Of a stretch of 64,000 bases of DNA, positions 11,076 to 20,056 are shown one piece after another. The stretch comes from an uncultured Gemmatimonadales bacterium (GTDB lineage Bacteria > Gemmatimonadota > Gemmatimonadetes > Gemmatimonadales > GWC2-71-9), in assembly GCA_963739455.1 (NCBI GenBank), contig CAVUAK010000001.1, positions 192,001 through 256,000 of the forward strand, given 5' to 3'. Position 1 is the stretch's first letter, and every line of letters begins with the position of its first letter. Under the pieces are notes generated by a model, which searched no databases, was not told where the DNA came from, and was given only the letters and a program-made list of their open reading frames with translations. The position numbers and the translations under genes are program-made.

Positions 11076-11360
11076 ATGATCATCATCCGCAACACCTTCA
11101 TCGCGAAGCCCGGCAAGGCCAGCACGCTCGCCACCCAGCTCAAGGCCGGGCTCGCCGCCGGCAAGGTGCCGAAGAGTCGCGTGCTGACCGACCTGACCGG
11201 TGACTTCAACCGCGTCGTCATGGAGACCGAAGTGGAGGACCTGGGTGGCGTCGAGGCAAACATGAAGCGCTACCAGACCGACGACGCCGTCCGTGCCGCC
11301 ATGCAGGGCTACACCGACCTGTTCATCGGCGGCCATCGGGAGCTGCTCCAGACGGCCTGA
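11076..11360 (+). CDS. Small hypothetical protein (NIPSNAP/dimeric alpha-beta barrel-like)
   Basis: GAGGAGG RBS; RNTFIAKPGKAS.LA and RVLTDLTGDFNRVVME. Confidence 0.7.
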   Translation: MIIIRNTFIAKPGKASTLATQLKAGLAAGKVPKSRVLTDLTGDFNRVVMETEVEDLGGVEANMKRYQTDDAVRAAMQGYTDLFIGGHRELLQTA

Positions 11361-11367
11361 TTCGCAG

Positions 11368-13494
11368 TCAGTGCTTCCGTGGCACCGGCGCCCATCCCAG
11401 CCCATGCTTCACCGGCGGGGCGCCGTGTGCCATCGCCTTCCTCAGCGCGGTGAACGGACCCCCGCCCCGGAAGGCGAGCCGGTACGTGGCACCATCGGCG
11501 GGCGCCGTTTCCGCGTTGAACGGGATGTACTCGCCGCCGAACACCCACACACCCCAGTCCGCGTTCTCGCCCTTCTGCAGTGCCCAGGCGGCACTGAACC
11601 CGGCGACGCCCGTCAGGTCGGGATACACCAGGTCCCAGGTCACGGGCGCCGTCGCGTAGTAGTTCGACGATGCCCGGTAGAACGCCTGCCGGTAGGTCGA
11701 ACCACTCCCCTGCTCGAATGACACCTCGATCGCCTTGTTGTACTCCGCCTGCACCGGCATCTGGATCCGCGGACGCGAATAGGTCGTGCCCGTCGCCGTC
11801 GTGACCGTGGGTGTCACCGCCGCCGGCCCGAATGCCAGCGTCCGGTCCACCACGTCGCGATAGTACACCTCGGCGCGGCGCCACTCACCACTCTCCGCCT
11901 CCGCATACCCGACCATGCGCTGTACCTCACCCGGCGCGAGCTGCGCCACCGGCAGTGCGTCGTACGGCGTGGTCGTCGTCACGTCGAACGTGCCGTATGA
12001 CAGCACCGGATAGAAAAAGGTGCCGAGCGCCGTGTAGACCTGCGCCGATTCCCCGGCGAGGCCGCTCAGCGTCGCTGTGGCACTCGCCGGCGCGAACGCC
12101 TCCGCCGAGCCGAAATCCGCCACTGGGAGCGTCGAGCCATCCGCCGCATCCACGCCGCGCCGCAGGAGGAACCGGTTCACCCTCTCTGTCGCGTCGTCGT
12201 GCCGCGCCCCCACGAGGTCGAGCGGTCCGCTGGTGACGCCGAGCAGCTGGAAGGTCGATGCTCCCGCTGTTCCGCCGGCAAACTCCTCGCCGAAGCCCTG
12301 CCGCACCGCCGAAAACTCCGCCGCCCCCACCCCCGCAACCGACCCGTTCACCGTCTTGTCGCCGCAGTACCGGTTGAGGAACGTCACGTTCGCCCGCTGC
12401 TCCGAGAGCGTGGCGTAACTGAACGCCACCGAGAAGCCCCCATTGAACTCGTAGGCCGACGCGATCCCGCCTCGACCCGACGGGAGCGAGAAGGTGTACG
12501 TGTTCGTGCCTGACGCCGGCAGCACCTGCGTCCAGGCACCGTTGCCGTTCTGCTGGGCCACCCAGATCGGTGCGTCGGCATCGCTGCAATACGTAAGGCT
12601 GAACTGGTCCGGCGGCGGGCCCGGCTGCGGGTCTACCGCACCGAACGGGCTGAAATTCCGCACCCGTCCACCAATGCCGGCACGACGCGCGAGCAGCATC
12701 GCCACGCCGTTGCCCGCGGTGACACCGTCGCAGTCGAGGAATGGCGCATCCGCCCTCGGCAGTAGCTCGATGGTGGTCGGCGTCGCCGGGTCGGGATGCG
12801 CAATCTGCAGACGGGAGAGAATTGGGTCGGGGGCGTAGTACGCGCTCGCCGACTCAGTCACCTGGCACAGGCCCAGGATGGCGTCCGCGGCAAACGTCAC
12901 CGATGGCGTCACGTGGAAGTCGTAGAAGAGCGGATACTGGTTGAGGGTCGTCGGGAGGGGGCCATCGCCCGGCGCATACTGCGAGCTGTCGGGAAGGCGG
13001 TTGATCACCAGCAGGACGTTCCGGCTCAGGGCACTCGCCGGGATGTTGATTCCCGCGTGCTCGGTTCCGGTGACGAAATCGCCTCCCGCTGCATCCACCA
13101 CCGCCACCACACCATCGGTATCGAAGCTCTCGGGTGACAGCCCCGGGTCGCTCAGCCCCGCGGTGGTGAACGCATCGGTGATGAGGTCGCTCAGTCCCGA
13201 GCGCTGAGCGGCCGCGGTACCGCTCAACCGCCCTGCGGCGTACTCGTCCAGCGACAGGCTGGTGAGGTCGAACGCTGCCGCATCGGCCGCCGCGCCGCTC
13301 GAGCTCTCGAGCGTCGTGATGATGGTGAGCGCCTCGTCCCGTGCCGCCCCCGCCGGGAAGAGTGCCGTCGCCTGCTGGGCCAGGTCCCCCGGCGGGTTGG
13401 GGTTCGAACTGTCATCACCACAGCCAATTGCGAACGCCAATACCACCACCGCAGCACCGGCGAGCGCACGGCGCCACCCACCTCGAGTCTTCAT
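11368..13494 (-). CDS. Large hypothetical lipoprotein (ZU5-like N-terminal half plus beta-sandwich C-terminal half)
   Basis: FAIGC lipobox; VDAAGG....AGINIPASAL pattern; 708-aa open frame with strong codon bias. Confidence 0.75.
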   Translation of the reverse strand: MKTRGGWRRALAGAAVVVLAFAIGCGDDSSNPNPPGDLAQQATALFPAGAARDEALTIITTLESSSGAAADAAAFDLTSLSLDEYAAGRLSGTAAAQRSGLSDLITDAFTTAGLSDPGLSPESFDTDGVVAVVDAAGGDFVTGTEHAGINIPASALSRNVLLVINRLPDSSQYAPGDGPLPTTLNQYPLFYDFHVTPSVTFAADAILGLCQVTESASAYYAPDPILSRLQIAHPDPATPTTIELLPRADAPFLDCDGVTAGNGVAMLLARRAGIGGRVRNFSPFGAVDPQPGPPPDQFSLTYCSDADAPIWVAQQNGNGAWTQVLPASGTNTYTFSLPSGRGGIASAYEFNGGFSVAFSYATLSEQRANVTFLNRYCGDKTVNGSVAGVGAAEFSAVRQGFGEEFAGGTAGASTFQLLGVTSGPLDLVGARHDDATERVNRFLLRRGVDAADGSTLPVADFGSAEAFAPASATATLSGLAGESAQVYTALGTFFYPVLSYGTFDVTTTTPYDALPVAQLAPGEVQRMVGYAEAESGEWRRAEVYYRDVVDRTLAFGPAAVTPTVTTATGTTYSRPRIQMPVQAEYNKAIEVSFEQGSGSTYRQAFYRASSNYYATAPVTWDLVYPDLTGVAGFSAAWALQKGENADWGVWVFGGEYIPFNAETAPADGATYRLAFRGGGPFTALRKAMAHGAPPVKHGLGWAPVPRKH

Positions 13495-13587
13495 GCTTCA
13501 CTCCAGAGTCACGTACTTCGTACTGGGTTGCCTAATCTCACCGGGGGCTGCAAATAGTGAGTTGGTCCCTTCACTCACGAGCTGCTC

Positions 13588-15518
13588 ATGTGCGGCATTA
13601 CCGCGGTTCTATCATCCAGTGATGCCATTTCCGCGGAAATGCTCCATCGGGGCACCGCCGCGCTGCACCACCGCGGTCCCGACGGGCGCGGGCACTGGCT
13701 CTCCCCTGACTGCCGCGTGGGACTGGGACATACCCGGCTCTCGATCATCGACCTGCAGACCGGTGACCAGCCGATCGCGAACGAGGACGAGTCGCTATGG
13801 ATCGTCGCCAACGGTGAGTTCTACGATTTCGAGCGGATCCGCGACGAGCTCCGTCGCAGGGGCCACCGCTTCCGCACCGGCTCCGACAGCGAGATCGCGC
13901 TGCATCTCTACGAGGACCACGGCCCCGAGTGCCTGCATCACCTGCGGGGCGAGTTCGCGTTCGTCATCTGGGACGGGCGGAACCGGCGGCTCTTCGCCGG
14001 CCGCGACCGCTTCGGCGTCAAGCCGCTCTTCTACGCGGAGCACGCTGGCGCGCTCTACCTCGCGTCCGAGGCAAAGGCGCTGTTCGCCATGGGCGTGCCG
14101 GCGCGGTGGAGCGCCGAGATCGGTGTACGCCGGTGGCTTCATCATGCCGGGCGAGCGGACGCTGTTTCACGGCGTGCACGCCGTTCCACCCGGCCACTAC
14201 CTGCGCGCCACGCCGAAGGGCATCGGCTGCATCAGTACTGGGACGTGGACTACCCCGCCGACGCCGACGCGCCAGCCCCGCGGTCCGAGCGCGAGTACGT
14301 GCAGGGATTTCGCGAGGTGCTGGAGGAGTCGGTCAAGACCCGGCTCCGCGCCGACGTGCCGGTGGGCTGCTACCTGAGCGGCGGGATCGACTCGTGCGCG
14401 GTGCTCGGCCTGGCGGCGCTGCACCACAACGGTCCGGTGCGCGCGTACACCCTCACCTTCGATGGCGCGCAGTACGATGAGAGCGCCATCGCGAAGGAGA
14501 TGGCGCTCCTGGCCGGCGCCGACTTCCACCCGATCCCGATCACGCAGGCCGATCTCGCCGCCAACTTCCGCGACTCGGTGATGCAGGCGGAGCTTCCCTG
14601 CCTCAACGCACACACCGTCGCCAAGTACATGCTGAGCCGCGCCGTGCGACAGAACGGCTACAAGGTGGTGCTCACCGGCGAGGGCTCCGACGAGATCCTC
14701 GCCGGCTATCCGCACTTTCGCCGCGACATGCTGCTCTATCACACCGCCGGGCAGGATCCCGCCGAGGTCGCGCGGCTGATGCAGCAGCTCGAGGAAGCAA
14801 TCAGGTCTCGCGCGGCCTGCTGATGCCGGACGGCGAGACGGACTCCGGTGCCGTCTGCCAGGAACTGCTCGGCTTCGTCCCTTCGTGGCTCGACGCGCAG
14901 ACCGGCATCCTGCTTCGGATGCAGCCGTCTCATGCGCGACGACTTCCTCAAGGACCAGCAAGGTGCGGATGTCGTCGGCACCCTGCTCGCGTCGCTCGAT
15001 GTGCGCCGAAGATTGCAGGGTCGGAATGCCGTGCACGCGGCGCTCTACCTCTGGGCCAAGACCGTCCTGCCGCACTACATCCTCAGCAACCTCGGCGATC
15101 GGATGGAGATGGCCCATTCGATCGAGGGGCGCGTGGCCTTCATGGACCATCACGTGGCCGAGTACCTGCACCAGGTGCCGGTGTCGCTCAAGATTCGCGG
15201 CATGACGGAGAAGTACATTCTGCGGGAGGCGGTACGGACGTCATCACCGACACGGTCTATCGCCGCCAGAAGCATCCCTTCCTGAGCCCGCCGGCGACGC
15301 TCAATACCGAGGGTGACCTGCATGGCCTCATGCAGGACACCCTGCGAGGCTCAGCGGGTGCCGCCGTGCCCTTCCTCGACCAGTCGCGCGTCATTGGTGT
15401 CCTCGACAGCCTCACCGACTCCACCCTCGATTTCGGCGACCGCGTGGTGCTCGACCAGGTCCTCACCCTGGCACTGAGCTTCGCCTTCCTGCACCAGGGC
15501 CTGGGGCTCCAGGCCTGA
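13588..15518 (+). CDS. asnB: Asparagine synthase (glutamine-hydrolysing) family amidotransferase, frameshifted
   Basis: MCGI N-terminus, HRGPD, RLSIID, NGEFY, RDRFGVKPL, LSGGIDS, LTGEGSDE, DRMEMAHSIEGRV; split over three ORFs. Confidence 0.88.
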
Positions 15519-15542
15519 GCGCTTCACTATCTTTCAGTACCC

Positions 15543-18500
15543 ATGAAATCACTTCGCCTGCTTGCCCTGCTGGGTCTCGTCCTGGTGATGACCCGGCCGC
15601 TCCCCGCCCAACAGCTCCCGTACCGCACCGGTCAGTGGATTCCCGACTCCCTCGGCAATCATCGCGTGGTCGTCCACGTCGGCGCGCCGTCGCCAGGCGG
15701 TGCGCGTCCACATTCCCTGGCGCCGCCCCGATGCGAAGCCCGAGGCCGTCGAGATCATCGCCGTCGGGCCCCGCCGGCACCCGCATCGCCAATCTGTATC
15801 GCCGCAGCATTACCCGCGAGTTCGGTGACCTGGCCTTCCAGCCGGTCGATGGCCCTGGCGACTACTACCTCTACTATCTGCCCTATCGCGGGTCGATCAC
15901 TTCCAACTACCCGCGGATCTTCTATCCGGCGCCCACTGTAACCGCGGATGCCGCCTGGCAGGCATCAACGGTGGCACACTGGACCACGCTCCCGCGCGCG
16001 AACGTCGTCGCAATGGAGTCGATCGACGACTTCAACAGCTTCTCCCCCATGCAGGTCATCGCAACACAGGCGGAGACACAGGCGCTGGTGAGGAAGGCGG
16101 GGAATGCACCGTTCATTCTCTTCGCCGAGGACCGTGCACATCCCGGTACGCATGCGGAGCGACCTGCCCCAGAGATGGATCGCGAGTGGCGCTGGCGGCG
16201 CCGTCACCGGTGAAGCGCATCGCGGCGAATGGTTCGCCTTCCAGGTCGTGGTCTACGCTTCGAAGCAACCGCTCGACAGCGTATCCGCATCTTTCAGTGC
16301 CCTCCCCGCCCTCCCCGCCCTGGGCGCCTTCACCTGCGTCAACGTCGACGGCATCGACTGGCGCGGTCGGTCTTTCACTCGCAACGTCACCATCGCCAAG
16401 GGCGAGGTCTACCCTCTCTGGTGCGGCGTCCAGGTCCCGATCGACGCGAAGCCCGGCCGCTACATCGGAACGGCTACCGTAGTCGCTGTTCCTCCTCACG
16501 CAGTCGCCGTTCCTCCTCACGCTTTTCAGCGTCTTCCCATGGCCCTCACCATCCTCCCCGACACCATCGCTGCTGCGGGAGACAACGATCCGGCGCGCCT
16601 CTCCCGCCTCCGCTGGCTCAACTCGACGCTGTACCAGGATGACGGGCTCGTTCCACCCTACACACCAGTCACCGTCACCGGCGCGACACTTGGCGTGCTT
16701 GGCCGTGATCTCCGCATCGGTGCCAATGGTCTCCCCGAGTCGATTCGCAGCTTCTACACCCCGGAGATGACCTCCATCGGTTCTTCCCCTCACGAGCTGC
16801 TTTCCCAGCCGCTCTCACTCGCGGTTGAGAGCGCACACGGGTCGCTCCTCCCTTGGTCCTCCGGCCCGCTCACCTTCACGAAGAAGGCCGAGGGCGCCGC
16901 TGGCTGGAGCGTCACCAGTACCAGCGGTCCGCTCACGATCAGGCTGACGGCGCAGCTCGATTTCGACGGCACCGTCGAATACCAGGCGGCGCTCAGCAGC
17001 ACCGCCAACGTCAATCTCGCCGACGTCCGCCTCGAACTGCCGATGAAGAACGACGCCGTCCGCTACTTCATGGGCATGAACCTGAAGGGCGGCAAGCGCC
17101 CAGCGAGCTACGACTGGAAGTGGGAAGTCACCCGTAACCAGGACGCCGCCTGGCTGGGCGACGTGAACGGCGGCATCCAGTTCACCCTCAAGGACGACCA
17201 CTCCTACGTCCGACCCCTCAACACCAACTTCTACCAGCAGAAGCCGCTGGTCATGCCCGCCTCCTGGGCCAACCGTGGCCGGGGCGGCTGCACCTTCCGT
17301 GAAACGGCCGCCATATATAGGACAACCTGCTTCAGCGGCCCTCGCACGCTGATCGCCGGTGACACACTGCACTACGACTTCCGGCTGATGATCACACCGT
17401 TCCACCCGATCGACCCGGCCCAGCACTGGAAGGAGCGCTACTTCCACGCCTACGTGCCGCTCGACTCGGTGGCGAAGATGGGCGCCAACGTGATCAACGT
17501 GCATCACGCGACGCCCATCAATCCCTTCATCAACTACCCCTTCCTCCGCCCCGACACCATGCGGGCCTACATCGACTCGGCCCACGCCCGGCAGATGAAG
17601 GTCAAGATCTATTACACGGTGCGCGAGCTCACCAACCGCGCCCCCGAGCTCTGGACCCTGCGCACGCTCAACGATGAGGTCCTCGCCGACGGTCCCGGCG
17701 GCGGATGGTCCTGGCTCCAGGAGCATGTGGAGGGGAGCTACCTCGCTGGCTGGTTCGTCCCCGAGATCAGTGACGCCGCCCTCGTCACCAGCGGTGTGTC
17801 GCGCTGGCACAACTTCTACATCGAGGGACTCGACTGGCTCGCGCGGAACGTCGGCATCGACGGCCTCTATCTCGATGACGTCGCCTTCGATCGCACCACC
17901 ATGATGCGCGCGCGGAAGGCGCTGGAGCGGAACCGCCCCGGATCGCTCATCGACCTCCACAGCGCCAACCAGTACAACCCGCGCGACGGCTTCGCCAGCA
18001 GCGCCAATCTCTACCTCGAGCACTTCCCCTTCATCGACCGCCTCTGGTTCGGCGAGTACTTCGACTACGACTCGCAACCCGACTACTGGCTCGTCGAAAT
18101 CTCCGGTATTCCCTTCGGCCTCATGGGCGAGATGCTCGAGGGCGGCGGCAATCCCTGGCGCGGCATGCTGTTCGGCATGACCAACCGCCTTCCCTGGTCC
18201 GGCGATCCCCGCCCCATCTGGCAGGAGTGGGACCGCTTCGGCATCCAGGACACGAAGATGATCGGCTGGTGGGTGCCGGACCCACCCGTTACCACCGGCC
18301 GTAGTGATGTCCTGGTCACCACTTATGCCGGAAACGGAAAGGCCTTGCTCGCGATTGCGAGCTGGGCCCCCGATACCGTGAGCGTTCCGCTCCTCATCGA
18401 CTGGAGGGCGCTCGGTCTCGACTCGGCGCGAACTACCATCACTGCTCCCGCCATCGATAGCTTTCAGGTTGCTCGTGAGTTCAAGCCGGGCGAAGCGATC

Positions 18501-18548
18501 CCCGTCGCCCCGGCCCGTGGCTGGCTGCTGGAACTGACAACCCATTGA
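15543..18548 (+). CDS. Secreted glycoside-hydrolase-like protein (DUF6067-like), frameshifts in the 5' part
   Basis: Signal peptide, DSLGNHRVVV, YYLYYLPY, INPFINYPF, GIDGLYLDDVAFDR; ORFs 15543, 15635 and 16104 are colinear. Confidence 0.72.
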
Positions 18549-18562
18549 GAACGAGGCCCGAG

Positions 18563-18922
18563 ATGCTCCGCGCCACCACCCTCACGGCACTTGCTGCCGT
18601 CCTCGCACTCGTCGCGTGCGACTCGAACAACCTACCGGATCCCGCGCCTAGCGTCTCCATCGTCACCAATGCCAGCGCGCTGGGACCGAACGCGTTCGAC
18701 CCGAATCCATTCACCCGGAGCTTCAACGCTGGAAGCCGGGTCGCCTGGGCCAACAACGATGGCGTCGTACACCGGCTCGTGTCCGTGGCCCCCGCACCGC
18801 TTTTCGACTCCGGCGATATCGCCCCTGGGGCGACCTTCGAGTTCACCTACTCCGCGCGCGGCACCTACGCCTATCATTGCTCCATTCACCCGTCTATGGT
18901 CGGCACCATCACTCTGAACTGA
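18563..18922 (+). CDS. Cupredoxin (plastocyanin/amicyanin-like) lipoprotein
   Basis: LVAC lipobox; H..., YHCSIHPSM type-1 copper ligands. Confidence 0.9.
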   Translation: MLRATTLTALAAVLALVACDSNNLPDPAPSVSIVTNASALGPNAFDPNPFTRSFNAGSRVAWANNDGVVHRLVSVAPAPLFDSGDIAPGATFEFTYSARGTYAYHCSIHPSMVGTITLN

Positions 18923-18935
18923 GCCACGAGGTACC

Positions 18936-19589
18936 GTGCCGGACGCCCAGCCGCCGACCAATCGTACTCGCGTCCGCCGCCTCCCCGAGCGCGGCGCCTA
19001 TGATCGCGAGACCATCTACGCGATCCTCGATGCCATGCCGGTGGCCCACGTTGGCTACACTCTCGACGGCCAGCCCTTTGTCACCCCGACGCTGCAATGG
19101 CGCGAGGGGAACCACGTCTACTGGCACGGTTCCGCCGCGAGCCGCATGCTGCGCAGCATCGAGGGATCACCCGTCTGCCTCACCGTCACCCTTATCGACG
19201 GCATGGTCCTCGCCCGCTCCGGCTTCAATCATTCCATGAATTACCGCTCCGCCATGCTGCTAGGCCGCGCACGAGTCGTCAACGATCCCGCTGAGAAGGA
19301 GGCGCGGCTCAAGAACTTCGTCGAGTCGCAGTTTCCCGGTCGCTGGGACATCCTCCGCCCCATCACCACCCAGGAGTTGAAGGGCACCAGCGTGCTCACC
19401 ATGCCGATCGATGAGGCATCAGCCAAGGTGCGCACCGGCGAACCGCATGACGAGCCGGAGGACGAGGCGCTCGACATCTGGGCCGGCGTCATCCCGATTC
19501 GGTTCGAGGTCATGCCGCCGGTCGCCGACCGGCATGTGCACGCCGATCGCCGGCCTCCCACTCACGCATCCACCTTCCGCATCGGCTAG
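18936..19589 (+). CDS. Pyridoxamine 5'-phosphate oxidase-family flavin-binding protein
   Basis: RRLPERGAYD, YWHGSAASRM, LARSGFNHSMNYRS and ASAKVRTG. Confidence 0.9.
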   Translation: MPDAQPPTNRTRVRRLPERGAYDRETIYAILDAMPVAHVGYTLDGQPFVTPTLQWREGNHVYWHGSAASRMLRSIEGSPVCLTVTLIDGMVLARSGFNHSMNYRSAMLLGRARVVNDPAEKEARLKNFVESQFPGRWDILRPITTQELKGTSVLTMPIDEASAKVRTGEPHDEPEDEALDIWAGVIPIRFEVMPPVADRHVHADRRPPTHASTFRIG

Positions 19590-19599
19590 GCGCCACCGC

Positions 19600-19650
19600 C
19601 TTCCCCGCCTTCCCCGCCTTCCCCCGTCCTCCCCGCCCTCCCCGCCCTCC
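19600..19650. repeat. Nonamer tandem repeat (CYTCCCCGC)x5
   Basis: Same unit as 3042-3095; abuts the padR promoter. Confidence 0.88.
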
Positions 19651-19699
19651 TCTTGACAGTCTAAAGGAGACGACTTAGCCTCTTGTAGACTGTCAGGAG
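19650..19699 (+). promoter_or_regulatory. Sigma-70 promoter of padR with paired inverted operator sites
   Basis: TTGACA (19653-58), 17-bp spacer, TAGCCT (19676-81). The 20-mers 19650-19669 and 19680-19699 are inverted repeats (17/20 match); the second overlaps the AGGAGG RBS. Confidence 0.75.
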
Positions 19700-19705
19700 G
19701 AACCA

Positions 19706-20056
19706 ATGCCCCACGATCCCGTCGAACTCCTCCCCGGTACCCTCGAGCTCCTCGTCCTCAAGGCATTGAGCCTCGAGCCGATGCATGGCTGGGGTATCGG
19801 CAATCGCATCGGCCAGCTCTCCAGTGACGTCTTCAGCGTGCAGCAGGGCTCGCTCTACCCTGCCCTCCAGCGCATGCTGCGGAAGGGATGGGTCCGCTCC
19901 GAGTGGCGCGCGTCCGACAACAACCGCCGCGCCCGCTACTACATCCTCACTCGCGAGGGCGCCCGCCAGCTCGCCGCCGAGACCTCACTCTGGCAGCGCG
20001 CATCCGGGGCGATCAACGAGATCCTCCAGGTCCGCCCGACCACCGCGCACGCATGA
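19706..20056 (+). CDS. PadR-family transcriptional regulator (acidobacterial type)
   Basis: LLPGTLELLVLKAL, MHGWGI, QGSLYPALQR and NNRRARYY.LT. Confidence 0.93.
   Translation: MPHDPVELLPGTLELLVLKALSLEPMHGWGIGNRIGQLSSDVFSVQQGSLYPALQRMLRKGWVRSEWRASDNNRRARYYILTREGARQLAAETSLWQRASGAINEILQVRPTTAHA

Noticed and set aside
13588..15518. Lasso peptide cyclase / RiPP cluster
   Set aside because: Intact N-terminal Cys glutaminase domain (MCGI); no B protein, RRE or precursor nearby.
16815..18545. Long antisense ORFs (this 576-aa one; also 6610-7962, 30666-32120, 51357-52802)
   Set aside because: Shadow or alternate frames of high-GC genes that have clear family motifs in another frame.
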